Shown piece by piece: positions 1 to 9,018 of a DNA stretch of 64,000 nucleotides. The notes under the pieces were generated by a model. The model ran no database searches and had not been told where the DNA came from. It was given only the letters and a program-made list of their open reading frames with translations. A program made the position numbers and the translations under genes. The number at the start of each line of letters is the position of its first letter. The first letter of the stretch is position 1. The stretch comes from Nitrosopumilus sp. (GTDB lineage: Archaea; Thermoproteota; Nitrososphaeria; Nitrososphaerales; Nitrosopumilaceae): the NCBI GenBank assembly GCA_965207445.1, contig CBDBLX010000002.1, forward strand, positions 640,001-704,000. The letters are read 5' to 3'.

Positions 1-164
1 CGTAATCCTGAGATCATGCAACGGGATGAGAAATTACACTTGGCTTTTCTACTTTGACAAAATACCGTTTGAATACGATCGAACCGGGAAAAACAAGAGT
101 GCAATGCCGGCATGACCCGCCACAACATCCCGACGGATCCTGCGCGTCCTGGGCACCGCTGCAC

Positions 165-439
165 TCATGCGGTATAATAGTCGTGAATCTTTACTGTCGG
201 AATCGTCTTTTTCCTGACGGCGGCCCTGATTCTCCTGCGCACATCCGCGGCGTCCTCCATTATGATGCCCGACAGTCTGCCCTTGATGCCGTCCCACTGC
301 GTCTCGATGGGGTTCAGCTCCGGGGTGTAGGACAGAATGAATTCAAACTGCATGTACACGTCTGTGTCCTTTGTAAACTACCTGAGCTTTGCCTTGCGTG
401 ATAGGCATAGACGTCGTTCTCCATCACGTCCAGTTTCAT
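165..439 (-). pseudogene. IS630-family transposase C-terminal remnant (frameshifted)
   Basis: ORF 165..359 has FILSYTPELNPIETQW..IK, matching the IS630/DDE_3 LPxYSPELNPIExxW motif. The upstream frame (MKLDVMENDVYAYH) resembles the DN..YH motif but is out of frame. Confidence 0.7.
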
Positions 440-488
440 GTCCACACTTCTATTAAGAGGTTGGGATTATTTGAGTCACTAAAATAGG

Positions 489-503
489 GTGGGCCCGAAG
501 GGC
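489..503. repeat. Distal att site (15-bp copy of the tRNA 3' end)
   Basis: Identical to 3755-3769. Confidence 0.88.
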
Positions 504-643
504 CCCGGTGTAGCTGTAGGAACGAGCTCATACAAGTAACAACGGCAGAAAGCGAACCGGGACGCTTACAATATCTCTGCCACTCTTTTTTCTCCTCAGA
601 GCTCCGCTTAGATGACTGGGAACGAACTTGGGCATGCAGTCAT

Positions 644-1996
644 CTATTTGGCATCGGATGCCGAAAAGCGCCCTATGAATAGAATAGTACCGCTCTCATC
701 GTCTTGTATGACAAAAATGAATGGGTGATCCGCCGTGAATCTGACTGGTTCTGGCCTTTCCCCTTCAGTCATAATCATAATGGTGGTGACTGCGGCGGCT
801 TCCGTTCCCTCCTCGTTTATGTCGACAAACGCATCCTGAAATGCGCTGGAGACGAACAGATTTCCAGTCATCGCAAGATCTGCCATGCCCGAAAAGTCTG
901 CGCTGTTTGGATCAAAGACGCGCGGAATTCCAAGGTTACTGAGATATGTACCGAGCGGATAATGGGTTTCTGCCTTGAACTTGGGCATCAAGACTATGAC
1001 CTCCGCAGGATGCAGCTGCTGCCGCCATGCGTCAATCTTTTCTGCAGATATTGTCTTCTCCAGTTGTTCTATGGTGTTTCTCTCCGACGGCAAAAACACC
1101 AGCATTGAGAGCCTGTCGCCCTCATAGGGCATCTGCAGGACCTCCACCCCGTCTGACTCGACATAGTTGAAAAAGTCGTGGTTTTGCATAAAGTCTATCT
1201 CGGCCGTAGCTGTATCGTTTTTCCAGAATGTGTCTGTCCCGGTGCTGTTTGGATCAAATTGCGTCACCCACGTTCCTTTGAAGTATATGGCGTTGTTCAG
1301 CACGGCCACAGTGAGCGGACCGAGGTCACTTGCCTCCACTACTTCGGTTATCTTGTCGTCCGTCTTGTCGGCCGCCCAGCCGTTTATGCGCTCCGCGCTC
1401 CCCTTGGGATCACCTGCAAAATCAAGCGTCTCAATGTCTGCCAGATATACATCACGCACAACATCCGTGTACGTGTCGTACGGAACGAACCAATTGGCAG
1501 GCCACAAGGCGTTTGCAGTCTCGAGGGTGGCATTGGGATCGTCGCGGTTAATTGAGGATATTGTCTGGACGACGTGCTCGTGACGGGCTTCCACATTCGA
1601 ATAAAAGCCAAACATGCGCTCCATCTCGGCGGCAGTCTCGGCCCGCGCGCCCTCGTACAAGAATGAAAAGGCCATGTACATGCTAAAGGGGGAAAAGAAG
1701 ATGGTCTCTTCCTTGTGGTCCGGATCCCCCGCTATCTGGTTATACATGTCTATTGCGAACGCGTTATGGCGCATCGTGGCCTCGCGTGGGGTCGCGGGAT
1801 CCGAGTATGGTGTGTCCGATGGTGCATGTGTAGGGACAGGCGGTTCTGTGGTCTGGGCTGCAGGAATCTCTGCTTGCTGCAGTGCGCCCGGATCGTCCTG
1901 CACGGGTGCGTTCAATGTCAATCCCACGTACGCGACGGCGACCACTACTACGGATACGGTGACTATGGCAACTGCCAGCATTCGGCGTCTGCTCAC
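644..1996 (-). CDS. Serpin (serine protease inhibitor) with N-terminal membrane anchor
   Basis: Motifs FFSPFS, NAIYFKGTW, hinge EEGTEAAAVT and FTADHPFIFVI; N-terminal hydrophobic helix followed by a Pro/Thr-rich linker. Confidence 0.96.
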   Translation of the reverse strand: MSRRRMLAVAIVTVSVVVVAVAYVGLTLNAPVQDDPGALQQAEIPAAQTTEPPVPTHAPSDTPYSDPATPREATMRHNAFAIDMYNQIAGDPDHKEETIFFSPFSMYMAFSFLYEGARAETAAEMERMFGFYSNVEARHEHVVQTISSINRDDPNATLETANALWPANWFVPYDTYTDVVRDVYLADIETLDFAGDPKGSAERINGWAADKTDDKITEVVEASDLGPLTVAVLNNAIYFKGTWVTQFDPNSTGTDTFWKNDTATAEIDFMQNHDFFNYVESDGVEVLQMPYEGDRLSMLVFLPSERNTIEQLEKTISAEKIDAWRQQLHPAEVIVLMPKFKAETHYPLGTYLSNLGIPRVFDPNSADFSGMADLAMTGNLFVSSAFQDAFVDINEEGTEAAAVTTIMIMTEGERPEPVRFTADHPFIFVIQDDESGTILFIGRFSASDAK

Positions 1997-2352
1997 TGTA
2001 TGATCACCGTGTACATGGCGCGCTCCAAGTTCTGGCCGTCATGGCCTGTGATCATAAAGGCGTACGTGCCGGGCATCATGCTGGACGTGCTTATCGACCG
2101 GGAAGTCTTGACTATAAGCGCCATGATGCTGTCTTGTTATGGGACACTGTTTTTAAACGCTGTGTTTGCTGGCTTAAATTAAGATATCTTTATATATGCA
2201 GGAGTATAATAAGATAGCATGGAAACACACAAGAGGACGGCGCGCGGGACGCTGGACGCGTACTGCGATCTGCTTGCAAGGAGCGCCGAGGTGTTATAAA
2301 CAAGTACGTCAGCACTATATCCAAGGATGAAGTCGCCGAGAGGCCGACCGAT

Positions 2353-3633
2353 ATGGGAAACAGTACAGACACAGAGAATGACACTGCCAAATACAACAAT
2401 CGCAAACGGACCGCAAAGACATCAAACAAGGCTAGGATGCTAAGCAATCCGGAGGTAAGCAGGTGGCACACCAACATGGCAAGAGGATCTGCCATTACAG
2501 CGGACATCACGCTCAGGCGCCTTGACGTGTTCTGCAGGACCCACCAGATGAGTCCCATGGAACTGGCTGGCTTGGGCATGAAAGATGTGCGCACCGCAAC
2601 AAACCTGTTGGAGGACCACATAACGTGGATGGAGGACAAAAAGTACGCCCCCAGCTACGTCAACAGCTACGTAAAAGCGGTAAAGTCATGGCTGGCGCAC
2701 TTTGACGTCGAGATAAGGCGGAGGATCAAGGTCAGGAACATGAACCAGACCCCGACGCTGCAGGACGAGCGCGTCCCGGACGCATCGGAGATTGCAGAGG
2801 TCTTTGCAAGGGCGCCACTGCGAACCGCGGCGATGATCTCGCTGATGTCAAAGTCAGGCGTGAGGCCAGAGGTGATGGGAAACCATGACGGTACGGACGG
2901 ATTGAGCATGCGCGATCTGCCAGACGTTGTAATACATCAGGGCGTGGCAAAGTGCATCAGGATGCCGTGCCAGATTGTGGTACGGGCCGATCTCTCAAAG
3001 ACTAGGCACCAGTATTTCACGTTCCTGACCGCATCTGGCACGACAAAGCTGCTTGCGTATCTGAACGACAGGCTGGCGTGCGGCGAGCCGCTGCACGGCG
3101 AGTCGGCTGTGATAGCGCCCGACCACAGGCACCTGCAGCACCGCACCAGACATGCGCTCAAGACGTTCATCACGACGCTACAGATTGGCAAGGAGATCCG
3201 CAAGACATTCCGCCCTAGGTTTCAGTGGAGACCGTATATACTGCGGGCCTACTTTGACACGCAACTGCTGATCGCAGAGTCAAAGGGTAGGATTGCACAC
3301 GACTTTCGCGTCTTCTTCATGGGCCACAAGGGAAGCATGGAGGCAAGGTACACGACCAACAAGGGAATGCTGCCGGAGATGCTGACCCAGGAAATGCGCG
3401 AGTCCTTTGTGAGATCCGAGGAATTTCTGGACCTGGAGGATCACATGACGCACGAGCAGCACGACATGATGCAGAACCACAAGCAGGAGCTACAGGATGC
3501 AATACAGAGCGCGACGCCAGAACAGCTGGGCCTGATGCTAGAGGCGCTTAGAAAGAGCGCCGGCAATATGCAGAGTCCGGCTTGCCACCAGCAGAACAGA
3601 CCGTTGCAGACGCCGATGCCGCAGAGCGCCTGA
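2353..3633 (+). CDS. Tyrosine recombinase / site-specific integrase
   Basis: Catalytic pattern SGVRPE (R), LSKT (K), RPYILRAYF (Y-x-x-R), MGHKG (H), ARYT (Y); ends ~120 bp from the tRNA att site. Confidence 0.9.
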   Translation: MGNSTDTENDTAKYNNRKRTAKTSNKARMLSNPEVSRWHTNMARGSAITADITLRRLDVFCRTHQMSPMELAGLGMKDVRTATNLLEDHITWMEDKKYAPSYVNSYVKAVKSWLAHFDVEIRRRIKVRNMNQTPTLQDERVPDASEIAEVFARAPLRTAAMISLMSKSGVRPEVMGNHDGTDGLSMRDLPDVVIHQGVAKCIRMPCQIVVRADLSKTRHQYFTFLTASGTTKLLAYLNDRLACGEPLHGESAVIAPDHRHLQHRTRHALKTFITTLQIGKEIRKTFRPRFQWRPYILRAYFDTQLLIAESKGRIAHDFRVFFMGHKGSMEARYTTNKGMLPEMLTQEMRESFVRSEEFLDLEDHMTHEQHDMMQNHKQELQDAIQSATPEQLGLMLEALRKSAGNMQSPACHQQNRPLQTPMPQSA

Positions 3634-3755
3634 TTGTACAGCACGGATGGCGGTACGCGGGCACGTTGCCAAACGGCAAGGTCGTGCTACAGCGCCAGCG
3701 ACAACAACCATCACAGCAACGACAACCAACAAGGAGCTCGTTCCAGATGTAGGAG

Positions 3756-3829
3756 TGGGCCCGAAGGGCTTCGATCCCATGGCTCACCGGTTATGAGCCG
3801 GTTACTCTACCAAGCTGAGTTACGGGCCC
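3756..3829 (-). tRNA. tRNA with CAT anticodon (probably tRNA-Ile2; Met not excluded)
   Basis: Cloverleaf GGGCCCG/CGGGCCC-A with anticodon arm ACCGG-CTCATAA-CCGGT; the GGGCCC acceptor is typical of archaeal Ile tRNAs. Confidence 0.92.
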
Positions 3830-4059
3830 TCATCAAATGTACTTTATACCGAGGTATAAAATGTTGCTAGGTGATGTACGTAATCAATTTCAATGTACAA
3901 AATATTAACACTAATCAATAACAACTACGTATAAAGTTAAAAAATAATATATCATTATCAACAACATGTCAAAAAAACATAAAACACATCAGTTAAAATT
4001 AAAGGGGATATAGACACATCAGTACAAATCAAAGTAAAAAATTAAAATAAAAAGTGGTG

Positions 4060-4731
4060 TTACTTGCAGTATTCTTCATAGCATGAATCAAGCAACAAAT
4101 TTTGTGCAGAGACTGATTTTGATGCAGTGTCAAGTAGTAAAGATGCAGATTCACCACTAGGGTTCAACACAACATCATCAAAGTCCTCAATTATGTGCTG
4201 CCACAATGCTGCATGTCGAATATCTGCCTCTGTATGTAGATCAAAGTATCGCGTAGATTGCTCATCCACAATGCCATAGAATGATTCTAGTCCATCAAGT
4301 TTGGTCTGACTTACTTTTGGAATCTGTTTCTCAAAAGCATACATTGCAGAAGCTCCGGCATAAAAGCCAGATGCACTCATCAAACTCCCAAGATCGTTGA
4401 CTGCTTGTGATGTCTTTGGTAACCCCTCGTAACTTGTCAGTTCTGACTCAGATACGCCCAGCCGATCTGCAAAATCAATCCACGGTGATATGTGATCTGA
4501 CTCTTCTTGACGATTCTCTTCTAATTCAGCAACAAAAGGTGTAGATTCAGGAGCAGATTCAATTATCGCGTCCATGAATTTTGGAACAGCTTTTACTAGC
4601 TGAAAGTACTCTTTAGAGTATCCTGCAAGAGATGCCATTGATAGTTCACCAGCAGACCACATCTCATAAAATGGATGTTTGAGGAGGCTTCGTTGTTCAA
4701 TTACCTCATCGATGTACCTTACAAGGCTCAT
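4060..4731 (-). CDS. PqqC/TenA/CADD-like heme-oxygenase-fold protein (possible pABA synthase)
   Basis: LLKHPFY..W..GEL, EN..EE..H..W and YF.LH..AD..H metal-binding pattern. Confidence 0.8.
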   Translation of the reverse strand: MSLVRYIDEVIEQRSLLKHPFYEMWSAGELSMASLAGYSKEYFQLVKAVPKFMDAIIESAPESTPFVAELEENRQEESDHISPWIDFADRLGVSESELTSYEGLPKTSQAVNDLGSLMSASGFYAGASAMYAFEKQIPKVSQTKLDGLESFYGIVDEQSTRYFDLHTEADIRHAALWQHIIEDFDDVVLNPSGESASLLLDTASKSVSAQNLLLDSCYEEYCK

Positions 4732-4919
4732 ATTTGGACTCTCAAATAACACTAAAAAAATCTTTGGAGTTATTATTTAAAAACAAGAGGAAACTTTCGT
4801 ATTTGTGAATACTGAAATTGATCATGCATATAATGCACCATAATATCATAATAACTCATTTCACATTGAAATGATGAAAGTGCATCATGCTGTATGAATT
4901 ATAATAACATGGTAGTATA

Positions 4920-4990
4920 ATAATCATTAATAATAATAGTAATAATAATAACAATAATAACAGTAATAATAATAACAGTAATAATAATAA
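4920..4990. repeat. (AAT)n-type microsatellite
   Basis: aataataat runs with interspersed aac/agt. Confidence 0.8.
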
Positions 4991-5011
4991 CGTCGTATAA
5001 TCCGATGATCG

Positions 5012-5923
5012 TCAGCGTTGTTTGTCAATAACATCTCGCAACGAATGTATATGATCTGGTGTCGTACCACAACACCCACCTATAATTCGAATGCTACGAT
5101 ATTTTTGTATGATATCTGACATTATATTTACCATCTCTGCAGGTTGCAACGGATACTCATCGGCATTGTCCATATCAGGTATGCCTGCATTTGGAACAAC
5201 TAGTAATGGATGACTACTATTCTCATCACGCCATTGTATAGAATTTATCATCTCTTCAGGTCCTGTGTTACAATTCAAGCCAAATACATCGATTCCCATG
5301 CCAGATATAGTAACATAAGCAGATTCAGTAGATGTACCCATCAACATCTTGTTTGCTTGTGCAAGTGTAATATTAGCAAAGATAGGAATGTCAGTGTCAG
5401 TGCGTTTTATTGCACTCATCGCAGTTTTTAACTCTAGTATATCTTGACTAGTCTCTAAAACTAAAGCATCAACACCACCACGTATCAATCCCGATGCTTG
5501 CAGATAAAACGCATTTTCCAGATCATCAAGTGACATCTCTACTTCTGGTGGGTTTTTCATAGTTGGCATATAGCCAGACGGTCCCATACTACCAATCACA
5601 TATTTATTATCAAATAAGTCGGCCACCGTTCTTGCCAAACTAGCAGCATTTTTGTTAAAGTCTGCTGTTTGATCACCAAACCCATACTCATCGAGTTTTA
5701 TCTTATTAGAACCAAAAGTGTTAGTAGTTATACAATCAGCACCGGACTCTAAATAATTTCGATAAACTACTTGTAACCATTCTGGGTGTGTGACATTCAA
5801 GCCATCATTGAATCCTTGCTTGTTTCCTGGAAAGTCACTATCTACAGGGTTGTGTTTTTGTAGTTGTGTATCTATTGCGCCATCAAACAACAATATCTTG
5901 GACTTTAGATCATCTCGTAGCAT
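5012..5923 (-). CDS. Homocysteine S-methyltransferase (N-terminal module of split B12-dependent methionine synthase)
   Basis: GAD.I.TNTF, GLNC, PNAG.P and GGCCGTTPDHI zinc motifs. Confidence 0.92.
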   Translation of the reverse strand: MLRDDLKSKILLFDGAIDTQLQKHNPVDSDFPGNKQGFNDGLNVTHPEWLQVVYRNYLESGADCITTNTFGSNKIKLDEYGFGDQTADFNKNAASLARTVADLFDNKYVIGSMGPSGYMPTMKNPPEVEMSLDDLENAFYLQASGLIRGGVDALVLETSQDILELKTAMSAIKRTDTDIPIFANITLAQANKMLMGTSTESAYVTISGMGIDVFGLNCNTGPEEMINSIQWRDENSSHPLLVVPNAGIPDMDNADEYPLQPAEMVNIMSDIIQKYRSIRIIGGCCGTTPDHIHSLRDVIDKQR

Positions 5924-6365
5924 AAAGAACAAACAGACAATACAGCATCTTAATATATGTTATAGTGCAAAAATATTACAAATACCAATTAAATTAATAT
6001 AAAAGATCATTTATTTTAAGTAGAAATAAAAATCACAAACAAAAATACAGATCATAAATTACATGTAATTATAATACGAATAATTTGATAACATATTTAC
6101 AAAATCATAAAATGATTTTTATATATATCCAGAGTTTTCTGATATGTTATGTTTATTATATGCACTTGTAACTAGTCACCAAGATGTCTACAAGTAAAAC
6201 CACCTGTTCACTCAAACAACAACATTAACCACAACAACAACCACCACATCAAAACACTGCAATTCAGGTGTGATCAATGATTGCAAATTTAAATCTCTTT
6301 ACCAAAACATGCATCTAGATGCATTAACAAAGGATTTTATGCTAAAATATTAGAATATTGATGTT

Positions 6366-6459
6366 GTTCCAGTGGTGTAGACCGGTCAAGCATACTGCCC
6401 TTTCAAGGCAGTGATCCCGGGTTCAAAATCACACGATGAAAGTCCCGGCTGGAGCACCA
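6366..6459 (+). tRNA. tRNA-Glu(TTC) with 15-nt non-canonical T-loop intron (6428-6442); CCA encoded
   Basis: Acceptor GTTCCAG/CTGGAGC, anticodon loop CTTTCAA; T arm interrupted by a bulge-helix-bulge motif. Confidence 0.93.
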
Positions 6460-6504
6460 AGATTTAATTAGTTGAGATGTAATTTTTAATATAGGCAGAC
6501 CTTT

Positions 6505-7356
6505 ATGGAAAGCGAGAAAGTAGAGATTAATCCACTTGCAGAGGCTTATGGAGATTACATAAAGAGAATTAATAGTGCACTTAACTATGAGCTTGCACTA
6601 TACAAAGAATCAGAGTTCATAGAGCCACTAGAATACTCACTTGAAGGCGGTAAGAGAATTAGACCTTTGATATTGATACTAGCTGCGGAGTGTGTAGGAG
6701 ATGTAGATGAGAATGCATTCACAGCATCATGTGCAGTAGAATTTTTGCATATGGAGTCCATAATACATGACGACATTATAGACAATGAGACGGTAAGAAG
6801 ACAAAAGGATCCATTTCACATAAAATATGGGTATAATACAAGTATACTTACAGGTGACTTTGTTCTAGGACTCATACTAGCAATATGCTCTAGGCTAGAC
6901 AACTCTAGAGTGACAAAAGATTTAGCTACTACTGCAATGTTGATGAGCGAAGGTGAGATGATAGAGGGAATGCTAGAGACAAGTCAAGATGTGACGTTTG
7001 ATGACTATCTAAAGGTCATAGAATACAAGACAGCAACAGCATTTGAGGTTGCATCTAGGACAGGTGCCATAATGGGCGGAGGTACAGAAGAGCAAATAGA
7101 GGCTCTCACAGAGTACGGACGAAATATCGGAATTGCATACCAAATAAGAGATGATCTTCTTGATTGGAAGAACGAAGACAAACTGTTTAATCTCTTGATA
7201 AAACACAGCTCTGATCCAAGACACGTGTTTGACAAGATGGAAGAACTGTTAACACAGTACTCTCAAAAAGCAACAAATGGACTGAGAAAGATTCCAGACA
7301 GCTCTGCAAAGGAGGGTTTGGAGAATCTAATAAGGCTCACATCATACAAAATGTGA
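6505..7356 (+). CDS. Polyprenyl diphosphate synthase
   Basis: GGKRIRP, IHDDIID and QIRDDLLD motifs. Confidence 0.93.
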   Translation: MESEKVEINPLAEAYGDYIKRINSALNYELALYKESEFIEPLEYSLEGGKRIRPLILILAAECVGDVDENAFTASCAVEFLHMESIIHDDIIDNETVRRQKDPFHIKYGYNTSILTGDFVLGLILAICSRLDNSRVTKDLATTAMLMSEGEMIEGMLETSQDVTFDDYLKVIEYKTATAFEVASRTGAIMGGGTEEQIEALTEYGRNIGIAYQIRDDLLDWKNEDKLFNLLIKHSSDPRHVFDKMEELLTQYSQKATNGLRKIPDSSAKEGLENLIRLTSYKM

Positions 7357-7481
7357 CAAAAATTTCAAAACAAAATTAATTTCATTATTGTGTCCAAAGA
7401 GCTTGGCTCACACGATTTATTGTATAGTGGTCATCCAACTGATCTATTTAATTTTTAAAGTGGTGTTTGGAAGAGATGTTG

Positions 7482-7541
7482 CTGCGATGAAGAATCAGAG
7501 TTAGTCTGAGATTGATGATGTAAAGGCATTTGTCTGAGCAG
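7482..7541 (+). ncRNA. C/D-box methylation guide sRNA, probably targeting 23S rRNA H69-H71
   Basis: Terminal stem CTGC/GCAG; C box ATGAAGA 7487; D' CTGA 7506; C' TGATGA 7513; D CTGA 7534; TTTAAA upstream and a T-run downstream. Confidence 0.85.
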
Positions 7542-7641
7542 ACCATTTTTAAATAATTATTTTTTAATTTTAATAATCCTTGACACTTGTAATCTTTTTA
7601 CAAAACCACAGAAATTTATTTTAGATCATATCAATAAATTT

Positions 7642-9018
7642 ATGCCTGAAGTATGGCTCAATTATGGTAAGACCGAAGTTGCTTTGGATATTATGGCCGA
7701 GAATCTTGATGTAATACTTGGATCAAATACTGTCTTAAATAAACCCACATTGCAACCGGTTGAGGGTGATGTCAACTCACATACTCTCGATGATCATAAT
7801 GATGATAATTCTCAAAATTTTGATACTGTTGATGACGCCGCTAAAATTATGGATGATACTATTGAAACTACACCTGACCCCACACCTGACCCCACACCTG
7901 ATACCGCACCTGACCCCACACCTGATACCGCACCTGACACTCCAAACACCATAAACAACACACTTGACACTTCTAAGATCGTAGAACGATTAAGTACGCT
8001 TGATATTACAAAACCACTTGACCTAGTTTTAATGCACGACACCCATGCAATCCGGCAGATAGTATCAACATTGTTTGATATGTGTGAGCAGCGTTCTGTT
8101 CCGTTCCCAAAGATACTGGCAGATCGAGATGTGTGGCTGAGCCTCAAATCCGGACTACCAGAAGGTAGTGTTGTAAGTGAATTTGTATTACAATCACTGC
8201 ATCGTATGTCTGGTGACAATCCTGTTGACGAAGATCATGTCGACACACAACATACCGACTCCAATCATCGTAATTTGATCTTTGTAGCAGAAGCAGAATT
8301 TGATGGATTATTCGGATATGAGACTGTTGCAACTAGACTAATACGCAAGTTTGGACGCGATGAGATGCTTGTAGCATATACAAAGCGAAATAGCAACACA
8401 CCATCTCCAGGACAGCACACAAAATGCCTTGATGAAGCTATTGAATTTGTTGACTGTTTTGAGATTCAAGGAATTGACATTGTTGCCAATTTAAATGGGA
8501 TATGTGACATTTTCATAGGACACCCATCAAAAACCACTTTACAGGCTTGTGCATCATTAGAATCAAATTCTATAATTGGTATTACGGGGCATCAAAAGAG
8601 TGCCATAGTTAGTACTGGCAAGACCTCTAGTAATCTGACACTTGGTAATGCACTCTCATCTATATGGAATAGTCGTGTTGCCGTGCGCAATAATGGTTTG
8701 TTTGTATTGGTTGCAGAGTGCTCTAACGGACTCGGTTCTGCTGCACTGCAAATGTATGTGGAAGGAAGACTGTCAATTGATAATCTACTTAACCCGTCTA
8801 CATACATTGACGGAATGGAAGATCTGTTATTTTTATCAGAAATCAAAAAGAATTTTCAAATAGCCCTGATCTCCGTACTACCTGAGGTATACACAAACAA
8901 GCTTGGATTCGTATCGATGATGGGAATGAAACACGCACTTGAATACATGCACAAGACTCAGGGTGCTCGTCACAAATCCATTGTGGTGATCGATGGATCT
9001 CGTTTGTTGTTACGATAA
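7642..9018 (+). CDS. Lactate-racemase (LarA)-like domain protein with Pro/Asp/Thr repeat insertion
   Basis: N-terminal LNYGKT and C-terminal LVAECSNGLGS resemble the LarA family; catalytic motifs not recognised. Confidence 0.55.
   Translation: MPEVWLNYGKTEVALDIMAENLDVILGSNTVLNKPTLQPVEGDVNSHTLDDHNDDNSQNFDTVDDAAKIMDDTIETTPDPTPDPTPDTAPDPTPDTAPDTPNTINNTLDTSKIVERLSTLDITKPLDLVLMHDTHAIRQIVSTLFDMCEQRSVPFPKILADRDVWLSLKSGLPEGSVVSEFVLQSLHRMSGDNPVDEDHVDTQHTDSNHRNLIFVAEAEFDGLFGYETVATRLIRKFGRDEMLVAYTKRNSNTPSPGQHTKCLDEAIEFVDCFEIQGIDIVANLNGICDIFIGHPSKTTLQACASLESNSIIGITGHQKSAIVSTGKTSSNLTLGNALSSIWNSRVAVRNNGLFVLVAECSNGLGSAALQMYVEGRLSIDNLLNPSTYIDGMEDLLFLSEIKKNFQIALISVLPEVYTNKLGFVSMMGMKHALEYMHKTQGARHKSIVVIDGSRLLLR
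7870..7941 (+). repeat. 12-bp coding tandem repeat (PDPT/PDTA)
   Basis: acacctgacccc / gcacctgatacc-type units. Confidence 0.85.

Larger units (their letters stand above)
489..3769. mobile_element. Minimal tRNA-integrated element (integrase + serpin) with att direct repeats
   Basis: GTGGGCCCGAAGGGC occurs at 489-503 and 3755-3769, the latter being the tRNA 3' end. An intact tyrosine recombinase lies next to the tRNA. The segment is visibly GC-richer than the backbone beyond 3830. Confidence 0.88.

Noticed and set aside
704..2182. Several long plus-strand ORFs over the serpin
   Set aside because: Antisense shadow ORFs of a GC-rich gene, without motifs
3756..3829. tRNA damaged by integration (U-U mismatch in T stem, ATCGAAG loop)
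   Set aside because: Both att copies carry the same bases and the rest of the cloverleaf is intact, so nothing shows that integration altered it
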